Below are positions 25,501-40,500 of a stretch of 64,000 bases of DNA, in pieces. This DNA is from the human T2T-CHM13v2.0 reference genome, Homo sapiens, in the NCBI RefSeq assembly GCF_009914755.1, contig NC_060942.1; one strand, given 5' to 3'. The notes under the pieces are model-generated. The model was not told the origin of the DNA. It was given only the letters and a program-made list of their open reading frames with translations, and did not search any database. Positions within the stretch are counted from its first letter, which is position 1. Every line of letters starts with the position of its first letter. Both the position numbers and the translations under genes were made by a program.

Positions 25501-28500
25501 TGGGATATATGTACTCAACTAAGAGAGTTGAACCTTTCTCTTTATAGATCAGTTTTGGAAAGCTCTTTATGTGGAATCTGCAAATGGATATTCGGATAGC
25601 TCTGAGGATTTCTTTGGAGACGGGAATACATAAAGAAAGTAGACAGCAGCATTCTCGGGAGATTCTTTGTGATGTTTGCTTTTAAGTCACAGAGTTGAAT
25701 ATTCCCTTCAATAGAGCAGGTTTGAAACACTCTTTCTGTAGTATCTGGAAGTGGCCATTTCGATCGATTTCAGGCCTATGTTGAAAATGGAAATATCTTA
25801 ACATAAAAACTAGACAGAAGCATTCTCAGAAACGTCTTTGTGATGTGTGTCCTCAACTAACAGAGTTCAACCTTTCTTATGATACAGCAGTTGGGAAACA
25901 CTCTTTTTATAGAATTTGCAAGCTGATACATGGATAGCCCTAACTATTTCGTTGGAAACGGGAATATCTTCACATAAAACCTAGACAGAAGCACTCTCAG
26001 AAACTACTTTGTGATATCTGCATTGATATCAGAGAGTTGAATATTCCCTTTCTAAGGGCAGGCTTGAAAGCGTCTTTTCGTGGAATCTGCAGGAGGATAT
26101 TTGGATAGCTTTGAGGGTTACGTTGGAAACGGGATTACATGTACAAAGCAGACAGCAGCATTCTCAGAAGCTTCTTTATGATGTTTGCGTTCAAGTCACA
26201 GAGTTGAACGTTCCCTTTCATAGAGCAGGTTTCAAACCCTCTTTCTGCAGTATCTGGAAGTGGACATTTCGAGCGCTTTCAGGCCTATGGTGAACAAGGA
26301 AATATCTTCCCATGCAAACTAGACAGAAGCATTCGCAGAAACTTGTTTGTGATGTGTGTCCTCAACTCACAGAGTTGAACATTTCGTTTGACAGAGCAGT
26401 TTGGAAACACGATTTTTGTAGAATCTGCAAGTGGATATTTGGATGGCTTTGTGGATTTCGTTGGAAACGGGAGTATCTTCATAGAAAACCTAGACAGTAA
26501 CATTCTCAGAAACGGCTTTGTGATATCCGCATTCACGTCACAGAGTTGAACATTCCCTTTCATAGAGCAGGTTTGAAACACACTTTCTGTAGTATCTGGA
26601 TGTGGGCACTTGGAGCGCTTGGACGCTTATGGTGAAAAAGGAAATATCGTCCCATAAAAACTAGACAGAAGCATTCTCACAAACTGCTTTGAGACGTATG
26701 TCGTCAGCTAACAGAGTTGAACATTTCTATTCACAGAGCAGTTTTGAAAGACTCTTTTGGAGTATGTGCTAGTGGATATTTGGAGAGCTTTAAGGATTTC
26801 ACCGGAAACCGGAATATCTTCAGGTAAAATCTAGACAGAGGCATTCTCAGAAACTTCTTTGTAATGTGTGTCCTCAACTAACAGTGTACAACCTATCTTT
26901 TGATACAGCACGTTGGAAACACTCTTTTTATAGAATCTGCAAGTGGATATTTGGATAGCTCTAACGATTTCGTTGGAAACGGGAATACCTTCATAAAAAA
27001 TCTAGACAGTGGCACTCTCAGAAACTGCTTTGTGATATCTGCATTCAAGCCACAGAGTTGAAAATTTCCCTTCCTAAAGCACGTTTGAAACACTCTTTCT
27101 GTCATATCTGGAAGTGGACATTTGGAGCACTTTGACGCCTTTGGTGAAAAAGGAAATGTCTTCCCATCAAAACTAGACAGAAGCATTCTAAGAAACATTT
27201 TTGGGATATATGTACTGAACTAAGAGAGATGAACCTTTCTCTTTATAGATCAGTTTTGGAAAGCTCTTTATGTGGAATCTGCAGATGGATATTCGGATAG
27301 CTCTGAGGATTTCGTTGGAGACGGGAATACATAAAGAAAGTAGACAGCAGCATTCTCGGGAGATTCTTTGTGATGTTTGCTTTTAAGTCACAGAGTTGAA
27401 TATTCCCTTCAATAGAGCAGGTTTGAAACACTCTTTCTGTAGTATCTGGAAGTGGCCATTTCGATCGATTTCAGGCCTATGTTGAAAAAGGAAATATCTC
27501 AACATAAAAACTAGACAGAAGCATTCTCAGAAACGTCTTTGTGATGTGTGTCCTCAACTAACAGAGTTCAACCTTTCTTATGATACAGCATTTGGGAAAC
27601 ACTCTTTTTATAGAATTTGCAAGCTGATACATGGATAGCCCTAACTATTTCGTTGGAAACGGGAATATCTTCACATAAAACCTAGACAGAAGCACTCTCA
27701 GAAACTACTTTTTGATATCTGCATTGATATCAGAGAGTTGAATATTCCCTTTCTAAGGGCAGGCTTGAAAGCGTCCTTTCGTGGAATCTGCAGGAGGATA
27801 TTTGGATAGCTTTGAGGGTTACGTTGGAAACGGGATTACATGTACAAAGCAGACAGCAGCATTCTCAGAAGCTTCTTTATGATGTTTGCGTTCAAGTCAC
27901 ACAGTTGAACGTTCCCTTTCATAGAGCAGGTTTCAAACCCTCTTTCTGCAGTATCTGGAAGTGGACATTTCGAGCGCTTTCAGGCCTATGGTGAACAAGG
28001 AAATATCTTCCCATGCAAACTAGACAGAAGCATTCGCAGAAACTTGTTTGTGATGTGTGTCCTCAACTCACAGAGTTGAACATTTCGTTTGACAGAGCAG
28101 TTTGGAAACACGATTTTTGTAGAATCTGCAAGTGGATATTTGGATGGCTTTGTGGATTTCGTTGGAAACGGGAGTATCTTCATAGAAAACCTAGACAGTA
28201 ACATTCTCAGAAACGGCTTTGTGATATCCGCATTCACGTCACAGAGTTGAACATTCCTTTTCATAGAGCAGGTTTGAAACACCCTTTCTGTAGTATCTGG
28301 ATGTGGGCACTTGGAGCGCTTGGACGCTTATGGTGAAAAAGGAAATATCGTCCCATAAAAACTAGACAGAAGCATTCTCACAAACTGCTTTGTGACGTAT
28401 GTCGTCAGCTAACAGAGTTGAACATTTCTATTCACAGAGCAGTTTTGAAAGACTCTTTTGGAGTATCTGCTAGTGGATATTTGGAGAGATTTAAGGATTT

Positions 28501-31500
28501 CACCGGAAACCGGAATATCTTCAGGTAAAATCTAGACAGAGGCATTCTCAGAAACTTCTTTGTAATGTGTGTCCTCAACTAACAGTGTACAACCTATCTT
28601 TTGATACAGCACGTTGGAAACACTCTTTTTATAGAATCTGCAAGTGGATATTTGGATAGCTCTAACGATTTCGTTGGAAACGGGAATACCTTCATATAAA
28701 ATCTAGACAGTGGCACTCTCAGAAACTGCTCTGTGATATCTGCATTCAAGCCACAGAGTTGAACATTTCCCTTCCTAAAGCAGGTTTGAAACACTCTTTC
28801 TGTCGTATCTGGAAGTGGACATTTGGAGCACTTTGACGCCTTTGGTGAAAAAGGAAATGTCTTCCCATCAAAACTAGACAGAAGCATTCTAAGAAACATT
28901 TTTGGGATATATGTACTGAACTAACAGAGTTGAACCTTTCTCTTTATAGATCAGTTTTGGAAAGCTCTTTATGTGGAATCTGCAGATGGATATTCGGATA
29001 GCTCTGAGGATTTCGTTGGAGACGGGAATACATAAAGAAAGTAGACAGCAGCATTCTCGGGAGATTCTTTGTGATGTTTGCTTTGAAGTCACAGAGTTGA
29101 ATATTCCCTTCAATAGAGCAGGTTTGAAACACTCTTTCAGTAGTATCTGGAAGTGGACATTTCGATCGATTTCAGGCCTATGTTGAAAAAGGAAATATCT
29201 CAACATAAAAACTAGACAGAAGCATTCTCAGAAACGTCTTTGTGATGTGTGTCCTCAACTAACAGAGTTCAACCTTTCTTATGATACAGCAGTTGGGAAA
29301 CACTCTTTTTATAGAATTTGCAAGCTGATACATGGATAGCCCTAACTATTTCGTTGGAAACGGGAATATCTTCACATAAAACCTAGACAGAAGCACTCTC
29401 AGAAACTACTTTTTGATATCTGCATTGATATCAGAGAGTTGAATATTCCCTTTCTAAGGGCAGGCTTGAAAGCGTCTTTTCGTGGAATCTGCAGGAGGAT
29501 ATTTGGATAGCTTTGAGGGTTACGTTGGAAACGGGATTACATGTACAAAGCAGACAGCAGCATTCTCAGAAGCTTCTTTATGATGTTTGCGTTCAAGTCA
29601 CACAGTTGAACGTTCCCTTTCATAGAGCAGGTTTCAAACCCTCTTTCTGCAGTATCTGGAAGTGGACATTTCGAGCGCTTTCAGGCCTATGGTGAACAAG
29701 GAAATATCTTCCCATGCAAACTAGACAGAAGCATTCGCAGAAACTTGTTTGTGATGTGTGTCCTCAACTCACAGAGTTGAACATTTCGTTTGACAGAGCA
29801 GTTTGGAAACACGATTTTTGTAGAATCTGCAAGTGGATATTTGGATGGCTTTGTGGATTTTGTTGGAAACGGGAGTATCTTCATAGAAAACCTAGACAGT
29901 AACATTCTCAGAAACGGCTTTGTGATATCCGCATTCACGTCACAGAGTTGAACATTCCCTTTCACGGAGCAGGTTTGAAACACCCTTTCTGTAGTATCTG
30001 GATGTGGGCACTTGGAGCGCTTGGAGGCTTATGGTGAAAAAGGAAATATCGTCCCATAAAAACTAGACAGAAGCATTCTCACAAACTGCTTTGAGACGTA
30101 TGTCGTCAGCTAACAGAGTTGAACATTTCTATTCACAGAGCAGTTTTGAAAGACTCTTTTGGAGTATCGGCTAGTGGATATGTGGAGAGCTTTAAGGATT
30201 TCACCGGAAACCGGAATATCTTCAGGTAAAATCTAGACAGAGGCATTCTCAGAAACTTCTTTGTAATGTGTGTCCTCAACTAACAGTGTACAACCTATCT
30301 TTTGATACAGCACGTTGGAAACACTCTTTTTATAGAATCTGCAAGTGGATATTTGGATAGCTCTAACGATTTCGTTGGAAACGGGAATACCTTCATAAAA
30401 AATCTAGACAGTGGCACTCTCAGAAACTGCTTTGTGATATCTGCATTCAAGCCACAGAGTTGAAAATTTCCCTTCCTAAAGCACGTTTGAAACACTCTTT
30501 CTGTCATATCTGGAAGTGGACATTTGGAGCACTTTGACGCCTTTGGTGAAAAAGGAAATGTCTTCCCATCAAAACTAGACAGAAGCATTCAAAGAAACAT
30601 TTTTGGGATATATGTACTGAACTAAGAGAGATGAACCTTTCTCTTTATAGATCAGTTTTGGAAAGCTCTTTATGTGGAATCTGCAGATGGATATTCGGAT
30701 AGCTCTGAGGATTTCGTTGGAGACGGGAATATATAAAGAAAGTAGACAGCAGCATTCTCGGGAGATTCTTTGTGATGTTTGCTTTGAAGTCACAGAGTTG
30801 AATATTCCCTTCAATAGAGCAGGTTTGAAACACTCTTTCTGTAGTATCTGGAAGTGGCCATTTCGATCGATTTCAGGCCTATGTTGAAAAAGGAAATATC
30901 TCAACATAAAAACTAGACAGAAGCATTCTCAGAAACGTCTTTGTGATGTGTGTCCTCAACTAACAGAGTTCAACCTTTCTTATGATACAGCAGTTGGGAA
31001 ACACTCTTTTTATAGAATTTGCAAGCTGATACATGGATAGCCCTAACTATTTCGTTGGAAACGGGAATATCTTCACATAAAACCTAGACAGAAGCACTCT
31101 CAGAAACTACTTTTTGATATCTGCATTGATATCAGAGAGTTGAATATTCCCTTTCTAAGGGCAGGCTTGAAAGCGTCTTTTCGTGGAATCTGCAGGAGGA
31201 TATTTGGATAGCTTTGAGGGTTACGTTGGAAACGGGATTACATGTACAAAGCAGACAGCAGCATTCTCAGAAGCTTCTTTATGATGTTTGCGTTCAAGTC
31301 ACAGAGTTGAACGTTCCCTTTCATAGAGCAGGTTTCAAACCCTCTTTCTGCAGTATCCGGAAGTGGACATTTCGAGCGCTTTCAGGCCTACGGTGAACAA
31401 GGAAATATCTTCCCATGCAAACTAGACAGAAGCATTCGCAGAAACTTGTTTGTGATGTGTGTCCTCAACTCACAGAGTTGAACATTTCGTTTGACAGAGC

Positions 31501-34500
31501 AGTTTGGAAACACGATTTTTGTAGAATCTGCAAGTGGATATTTGGATGGCTTTGTGGATTTCGTTGGAAACGGGAGTATCTTCATAGAAAACCTAGACAG
31601 TAACATTCTCAGAAACGGCTTTGTGATATCCGCATTCACGTCACAGAGTTGAACATTCCCTTTCATAGAGCAGGTTTGAAACACCCTTTCTGTAGTATCT
31701 GGATGTGGGCACTTGGAGCGCTTGGACGCTTATGGTGAAAAAGGAAATATCGTCCCATAAAAACTAGACAGAAGCATTCTCACAAACTGCTTTGAGACGT
31801 ATGTCGTCAGCTAACAGAGTTGAACATTTCTATTCACAGAGCAGTTTTGAAAGACTCTTTTGGAGTATCTGCTAGTGGATATGTGGAGAGCTTTAAGGAT
31901 TTCACTGGAAACCGGAATATCTTCAGGTAAAATCTAGACAGAGGCATTCTCAGAAACTTCTTTGTAATGTGTGTCCTCAACTAACAGTGTACAACCTATC
32001 TTTTGATACAGCACGTTGGAAACCCTCTTTTTATAGAATCTGCAAGTGGATATTTGGATAGCTCTAACGATTTCGTTGGAAACGGGAATACCTTCATATA
32101 AAATCTAGACAGTGGCACTCTCAGAAACTGCTTTGTGATATCTGCAATCAAGACACAGAGTTGAACATTTCCCTTCCTAAAGCAGGTTTGAAACACTCTT
32201 TCTGTCGTATCTGGAAGTGGACATTTGGAGCACTTTGACGCCTTTGGTGAAAAAGGAAATGTCTTCCAATCAAAACTAGACAGAAGCATTCTAAGAAACA
32301 TTTTTGGGATATATGTACTCAACTAACAGAGTTGAACCTTTCTCTTTATAGATCAGTTTTGGAAAGCTCTTTATGTGGAATCTGCAGATGGATATTCGGA
32401 TAGCTCTGAGGATTTCGTTGGAGACGGGAATACATAAAGAAAGTAGACAGCAGCATTCTCGGGAGATCCTTTGTGATGTTTGCTTTTAAGTCACAGAGTT
32501 GAATATTCCCTTCAATAGAGCAGGTTTGAAACACTCTTTCTGTAGTATCTGGAAGTGGCCATTTCGATCGATTTCAGGCCTATGTTGAAAAAGGAAATAT
32601 CTCTACATAAAAACTAGACAGAAGCATTCTCAGAAACGTCTTTGTGATGTGTGTCCTCAACTAACAGAGTTCAACCTTTCTTATGATACAGCAGTTGGGA
32701 AACACTCTTTTTATAGAATTTGCAAGCTGATACATGGATAGCCCTAACTATTTCGTTGGAAACGGGAATATCTTCACATAAAACCTAGACAGAAGCACTC
32801 TCAGAAACTACTTTGTGATATCTGCATTGATATCAGAGAGTTGAATATTCCCTTTCTAAGGGCAGGCTTGAAAGCGTCTTTTCGTGGAATCTGCAGGAGG
32901 ATATTTGGATAGCTTTGAGGGTTACGTTGGAAACGGGATTACATGTACAAAGCAGACAGCAGCATTCTCAGAAGCTTCTTTATGATGTTTGCGTTCAAGT
33001 CACAGAGTTGAACGTTCCCTTTCATAGAGCAGGTTTCAAACCCTCTTTCTGCAGTATCTGGAAGTGGACATTTCGAGCGCTTTCAGGCCTATGGTGAACA
33101 AGGAAATATCTTCCCATGAAAACTAGACAGAAGCATTCACAGAAACTTGTTTGTGATGTGTGTCCTCAACTCACAGAGTTGAACATTTCGTTTGACAGAG
33201 CAGTTTGGAAACACGATTTTTGTAGAATCTGCAAGTGGATATTTGGATGGCTTTGTGGATTTCGTTGGAAACGGGAGTATCTTCATAGAAAACCTAGACA
33301 GTAACATTCTCAGAAACGGCTTTGTGATATCCGCATTCACATCACAGAGTTGAACATTCCCTTTCATAGAGCAGGTTTGAAACACACTTTCTGTAGTATC
33401 TGGATGTGGGCACTTGGAGCGCTTGGACGCTTATGGTTAAAAAGGAAATATCGTCCCATAAAAACTAAACAGAAGCATTCTCACAAACTGCTTTGAGACG
33501 TATGTCGTCAGCTAACAGAGTTGAACATTTCTATTCACAGAGCAGTTTTGAAAGACTCTTTTGGAGTATCTGCTAGTGGATATTTGGAGAGTTTAAGGAT
33601 TTCACCGGAAACCGGAATATCTTCAGGTAAAATCTAGACAGAGGCATTCTCAGAAACTTCTTTGTAATGTCTGTCCTCAATCAACAGTGTACAACCTATC
33701 TTTTGATACAGCACATTGGAAACACTCTTTTTATAGAATCTGCAAGTGGATATTTGGATAGCTGTAACGATTTCGTTGGAAACGGGAATACCTTCATATA
33801 AAATCTAGACAGTGGCACTCTCAGAAACTGCTTTGTGACATCTGCATTCAAGCCACAGAGTTGAACATTTCCCTTCCTAAAGCAGGTTTGAAACACTCTT
33901 TCTGTCGTATCTGGAAGTGGACATTTGGAGCACTTTGACGCCTTTGGTGAAAAAGGAAATGTCTTCCCATCAAAACTAGACAGAAGCATTCTAAGAAACA
34001 TTTTTGGGATATATGTACTCAACTAACAGAGTTGAACCTTTCTCTTTATAGATCAGTTTTGGAAAGCTCTTTATGTGGAATCTGCAGATGGATATTCGGA
34101 TAGCTCTGAGGATTTCATTGGAGACGGGAATACATAAAGAAAGTAGACAGCAGCATTCTCGGGAGATCCTTTGTGATGGTTGCTTTTAAGTCACAGAGTT
34201 GAATATTCCCTTCAATAGAGCAGGTTTGAAACACTCTTTCTGTAGTATCTGGAAGTGGCCATTTCGATCGATTTCAGGCCTATGTTGAAAAAGGAAATAT
34301 CTCTACATAAAAACTAGACAGAAGCATTCTCAGAAACGTCTTTGTGATGTGTGTCCTCAACTAACAGAGTTCAACCTTTCTTATGATACAGCAGTTGGGA
34401 AACACTCTTTTTATAGAATTTGCAAGCTGATACATGGATAGCCCTAACTATTTCGTTGGAAACGGGAATATCTTCACATAAAACCTAGACAGAAGCACTC

Positions 34501-37500
34501 TCAGAAACTACTTTGTGATATCTGCATTGATATCAGAGAGTTGAATATTCCCTTTCTAAGGGCAGGCTTGAAAGCGTCTTTTCGTGGAATCTGCAGGAGG
34601 ATATTTGGATAGCTTTGAGGGTTACGTTGGAAACGGGATTACATGTACAAAGCAGACAGCAGCATTCTCAGAAGCTTCTTTATGATGTTTGCGTTCAAGT
34701 CACAGAGTTGAACGTTCCCTTTCATAGAGCAGGTTTCAAACCCTCTTTCTGCAGTATCTGGAAGTGGACATTTCGAGCGCTTTCAGGCCTATGGTGAACA
34801 AGGAAATATCTTCCCATGAAAACTAGACAGAAGCATTCACAGAAACTTGTTTGTGATGTGTGTCCTCAACTCACAGAGTTGAACATTTCGTTTGACAGAG
34901 CAGTTTGGAAACACGATTTTTGTAGAATCTGCAAGTGGATATTTGGATGGCTTTGTGGATTTCGTTGGAAACGGGAGTATCTTCATAGAAAACCTAGACA
35001 GTAACATTCTCAGAAACGGCTTTGTGATATCCGCATTCACGTCACAGAGTTGAACATTCCCTTTCATAGAGCAGGTTTGAAACACACTTTCTGTAGTATC
35101 TGGATGTGGGCACTTGGAGCGCTTGGACGCTTATGGTTAAAAAGGAAATATCGTCCCATAAAAACTAAACAGAAGCATTCTCACAAACTGCTTTGAGACG
35201 TATGTCGTCAGCTAACAGAGTTGAACATTTCTATTCACAGAGCAGTTTTGAAAGACTCTTTTGGAGTATCTGCTAGTGGATATTTGGAGAGATTTAAGGA
35301 TTTCACCGGAAACCGGAATATCTTCAGGTAAAATCTAGACAGAGGCATTCTCAGAAACTTCTTTGTAATGTCTGTCCTCAACCAACAGTGTACAACCTAT
35401 CTTTTGATACAGCACATTGGAAACACTCTTTTTATAGAATCTGCAAGTGGATATTTGGATAGCTGTAACGATTTCGTTGGAAACGGGAATACCTTCATAT
35501 AAAATCTAGACAGTGGCACTCTCAGAAACTGCTTTGTGACATCTGCATTCAAGCCACTGAGTTGAACATTTCCCTTCCTAAAGCAGGTTTCAAACACTCT
35601 TTCTGTCGTATCTGGAAGTGGACATTTGGAGCACTTTGACGCCTTTGGTGAAAAAGGAAATGTCTTCCCATCAAAACTAGACAGAAGCATTCTAAGAAAC
35701 ATTTTTGGGATATATGTACTCAACTAACAGAGTTGAACCTTTCTCTTTATAGATCAGTTTTGGAAAGCTCTTTATGTGGAATCTGCAGATGGATATTCGG
35801 ATAGCTCTGAGGATTTCGTTGGAGACGGGAATACATAAAGAAAGTAGACAGCAGCATTCTCGGGAGATCCTTTGTGATGGTTGCTTTTAAGTCACAGAGT
35901 TGAATATTCCCTTCAATAGAGCAGGTTTGAAACACTCTTTCTGTAGTATCTGGAAGTGGCCATTTCGATCGATTTCAGGCCTATGTTGAAAAAGGAAATA
36001 TCTCTACATAAAAACTAGACAGAAGCATTCTCAGAAACGTCTTTGTGATGTGTGTCCTCAACTAACAGAGTTCAACCTTTCTTATGATACAGCAGTTTGG
36101 AAACACTCTTTTTATAGAATTTGCAAGCTGATACATGGATAGCCCTAACTATTTTGTTGGAAACGGGAATATCTTCACATAAAACCTAGACAGAAGCACT
36201 CTCAGAAACTACTTTGTGATATCTGCATTGATATCAGAGAGTTGAATATTCCCTTTCTAAGGGCAGGCTTGAAAGCGTCTTTTCGTGGAATCTGCAGGAG
36301 GATATTTGGATAGCTTTGAGGGTTACGTTGGAAACGGGATTACATTTACAAAGCAGACAGCAGCATTCTCAGAAGCTTCTTTATGATGTTTGCGTTCAAG
36401 TCACAGAGTTGAACGTTCCCTTTCATAGAGCAGGTTTCAAACCCTCTTTCTGCAGTATCTGGAAGTGGACATTTCGAGCGCTTTCAGGCCTATGGTGAAC
36501 AAGGAAATATCTTCCCATGCAAACTAGACAGAAGCATTCGCAGAAACTTGTTTGTGATGTGTGTCCTCAACTCACAGAGTTGAACATTTCGTTTGACAGA
36601 GCAGTTTGGAAACACGATTTTTGTAGAATCTGCAAGTGGATATTTGGATGGCTTTGTGGATTTCGTTGGAAACGGGAGTATCTTCATAGAAAACCTAGAC
36701 AGTAACATTCTCAGAAACGGCTTTGTGATATCCGCATTCAGGTCACAGAGTTGAACATTCCCTTTCATAGAGCAGGTTTGAAACACCCTTTCTGTAGTAT
36801 CTGGATGTGGGCACTTGGAGCGCTTGGACGCTTATGGTGAAAAAGGAAATATCGTCCCATAAAAACTAGACAGAAGTATTCTCACAAACTGCTTTGAGAC
36901 GTATGTCGTCAGCTAACAGAGTTGAACATTTCTATTCACAGAGCAGTTTTGAAAGACTCTTTTGGAGTATCTGCTAGTGGATATTTGGAGAGCTTTAAGG
37001 ATTTCACCGGAAACCGGAATATCTTCAGGTAAAATCTAGACAGAGGCATTCTCAGAAACTTCTTTGTAATGTGTGTCCTCAACTAACAGTGTACAACCTA
37101 TCTTTTGATACAGCACGTTGGAAACACTCTTTTTATAGAACCTGCAAGTGGATATTTGGATAGCTCTAACGATTTCGTTGGAAACGGGAATACCTTCATT
37201 TAAAATCTAGACAGTGGCACTCTCAGAAACTGCTTTGTGATATCTGCATTCAAGCCACAGAGTTGAACATTTCCCTTCCTATAGCAGGTTTGAAACACTC
37301 TTTCTGTCGTATCTGGAAGTGGACATTTGGAGCACTTTGACGCCTTTGGTGAAAAAGGAAATGTCTTCCCATCAAAACTAGACAGAAGCATTCTAAGAAA
37401 CATTTTTGGGATATATGTACTCAACTAACAGAGTTGAACCTTTCTCTTTATAGATCAGTTTTGGAAAGCTCTTTATGTGGAATCTGCAGATGGATATTCG

Positions 37501-40500
37501 GATAGCTCTGAGGATTTCGTTGGAGACGGGAATACATAAAGAAAGTAGACAGCAGCATTCTCGGGAGATCCTTTGTGATGGTTGCTTTTAAGTCACAGAG
37601 TTGAATATTCCCTTCAATAGAGCAGGTTTGAAACACTCTTTCTGTAGTATCTGGAAGTGGCCATTTCGATCGATTTCAGGCCTATGTTGAAAAAGGAAAT
37701 ATCTCTACATAAAAACTAGACAGAAGCATTCTCAGAAACGTCTTTGTGATGTGTGTCCTCAACTAACAGAGTTCAACCTTTCTTATGATACAGCAGTTTG
37801 GAAACACTCTTTTTATAGAATTTGCAAGCTGATACATGGATAGCCCTAACTATTTTGTTGGAAACGGGAATATCTTCACATAAAACCTAGACAGAAGCAC
37901 TCTCAGAAACTACTTTGTGATATCTGCATTGATATCAGAGAGTTGAATATTCCCTTTCTAAGGGCAGGCTTGAAAGCGTCTTTTCGTGGAATCTGCAGGA
38001 GGATATTTGGATAGCTTTGAGGGTTACGTTGGAAACGGGATTACATTTACAAAGCAGACAGCAGCATTCTCAGAAGCTTCTTTATGATGTTTGCGTTCAA
38101 GTCACAGAGTTGAACGTTCCCTTTCATAGAGCAGGTTTCAAACCCTCTTTCTGCAGTATCTGGAAGTGGACAGTTCGAGCGCTTTCAGGCCTATGGTGAA
38201 CAAGGAAATATCTTCCCATGAAAACTAGACAGAAGCATTCGCAGAAACTTGTTTGTGATGTGTGTCCTCAACTCACAGAGTTGAACATTTCGTTTGACAG
38301 AGCAGTTTGGAAACACGATTTTTGTAGAATCTGCAAGTGGATATTTGGATGGCTTTGTGGATTTCGTTGGAAACGGGAGTATCTTCATAGAAAACCTAGA
38401 CAGTAACATTCTCAGAAACGGCTTTGTGATATCCGCATTCAGGTCACAGAGTTGAACATTCCCTTTCATAGAGCAGGTTTGAAACACCCTTTCTGTAGTA
38501 TCTGGATGTGGGCACTTGGAGCGCTTGGACGCTTATGGTGAAAAAGGAAATATCGTCCCATAAAAACTAGACAGAAGCATTCTCACAAACTGCTTTGAGA
38601 CGTATGTCGTCAGCTAACAGAGTTGAACATTTCTATTCACAGAGCAGTTTTGAAAGACTCTTTTGGAGTATCTGCTAGTGGATATTTGGAGAGCTTTAAG
38701 GATTTCACCGGAAACCGGAATATCTTCAGGTAAAATCTAGACAGAGGCATTCTCAGAAACTTCTTTGTAATGTGTGTCCTCAACTAACAGTGTACAACCT
38801 ATCTTTTGATACAGCACGTTGGAAACACTCTTTTTATAGAATCTGCAAGTGGATATTTGGATAGCTCTAACGATTTCGTTGGAAACGGGAATACCTTCAT
38901 ATAAAATCTAGACAGTGGCACTCTCAGAAACTGCTTTGTGATATCTGCATTCAAGCCACAGAGTTGAACATTTCCCTTCCTAAAGCAGGTTTGAAACACT
39001 CTTTCTGTCGTATCTGGAAGTGGACATTTGGAGCACTTTGACGCCTTTGGTGAAAAAGGAAATGTCTTCCCATCAAAACTAGACAGAAGCATTCTAAGAA
39101 ACATTTTTGGGATATATGTACTCAACTAAAAGAGTTGAACCTTTCTCTTTATAGATCAGTTTTGGAAAGCTCTTTATGTGGAATCTGCAGATGGATATTC
39201 GGATAGCTCTGAGGATTTCGTTGGAGACGGGAATACATAAAGAAAGTAGACAGCAGCATTCTCGGGAGATTCTTTGTGATGTTTGCTTTGAAGTCACAGA
39301 GTTGAATATTCCCTTCAATAGAGCAGGTTTGAAACACTCTTTCTGTAGTATCTGGAAGTGGCCATTTCGATCGATTTCAGGCCTATGTTGTAAAAGGAAA
39401 TATCTCAACATAAAAACTAGACAGAAGCATTCTCAGAAACGTCTTTGTGATGTGTGTCCTCAACTAACAGAGTTCAACCTTTCTTATGATACAGCAGTTG
39501 GGAAACACTCTTTTTATAGAATTTGCAAGCTGATACATGGATAGCCCTAACTATTTCATTGGAAACGGGAATATCTTCACATAAAACCTAGACAGAAGCA
39601 CTCTCAGAAACTACTTTGTGATATCTGCATTGATATCAGAGAGTTGAATATTCCCTTTCTAAGGGCAGGCTTGAAAGCGTCTTTTCGTGGAATCTGCAGG
39701 AGGATATTTGGATAGCTTTGAGGGTTACGTTGGAAACGGGATTACATGTACAAAGCAGACAGCAGCATTCTCAGAAGCTTCTTTATGATGTTTGCGTTCA
39801 AGTCACAGATTTGAACGTTCCCTTTCATAGAGCAGGTTTCAAACCCTCTTTCTGCAGTATCTGGAAGTGGACATTTCGAGCGCTTTCAGGCCTATGGTGA
39901 ACAAGGAAATATCTTCCCATGCAAACTAGACAGAAGCATTCGCAGAAACTTGTTTGTGATGTGTGTCCTCAACTCACAGAGTTGAACATTTGGTTTGACA
40001 GAGCTGTTTGGAAACACGATTTTTGTAGAATCTGCAAGTGGATATTTGGATGGCTTTGTGGATTTCGTTGGAAACGGGAGTATCTTCATAGAAAACCTAG
40101 ACAGTAACATTCTCAGAAACGGCTTTGTGATATCCGCATTCACGTCACAGAGTTGAACATTCCCTTTCATAGAGCAGGTTTGAAACACCCTTTCTGTAGT
40201 ATCTGGATGTGGGCACTTGGAGCGCTTGGACGCTTATGGTGAAAAAGGAAATATCGTCCCATAAAAACTAGACAGAAGCATTCTCACAAACTGCTTTGAG
40301 ACGTATGTCGTCAGCTAACAGAGTTGAACATTTCTATTCACAGAGCAGTTTTGAAAGACTCTTTTGGAGTATCTGCTAGTGGATATTTGGAGAGCTTTAA
40401 GGATTTCACCGGAAACCGGAATATCTTCAGGTAAAATCTAGACAGAGGCATTCTCAGAAACTTCTTTGTAATGTGTGTCCTCAACTAACAGTGTACAACC

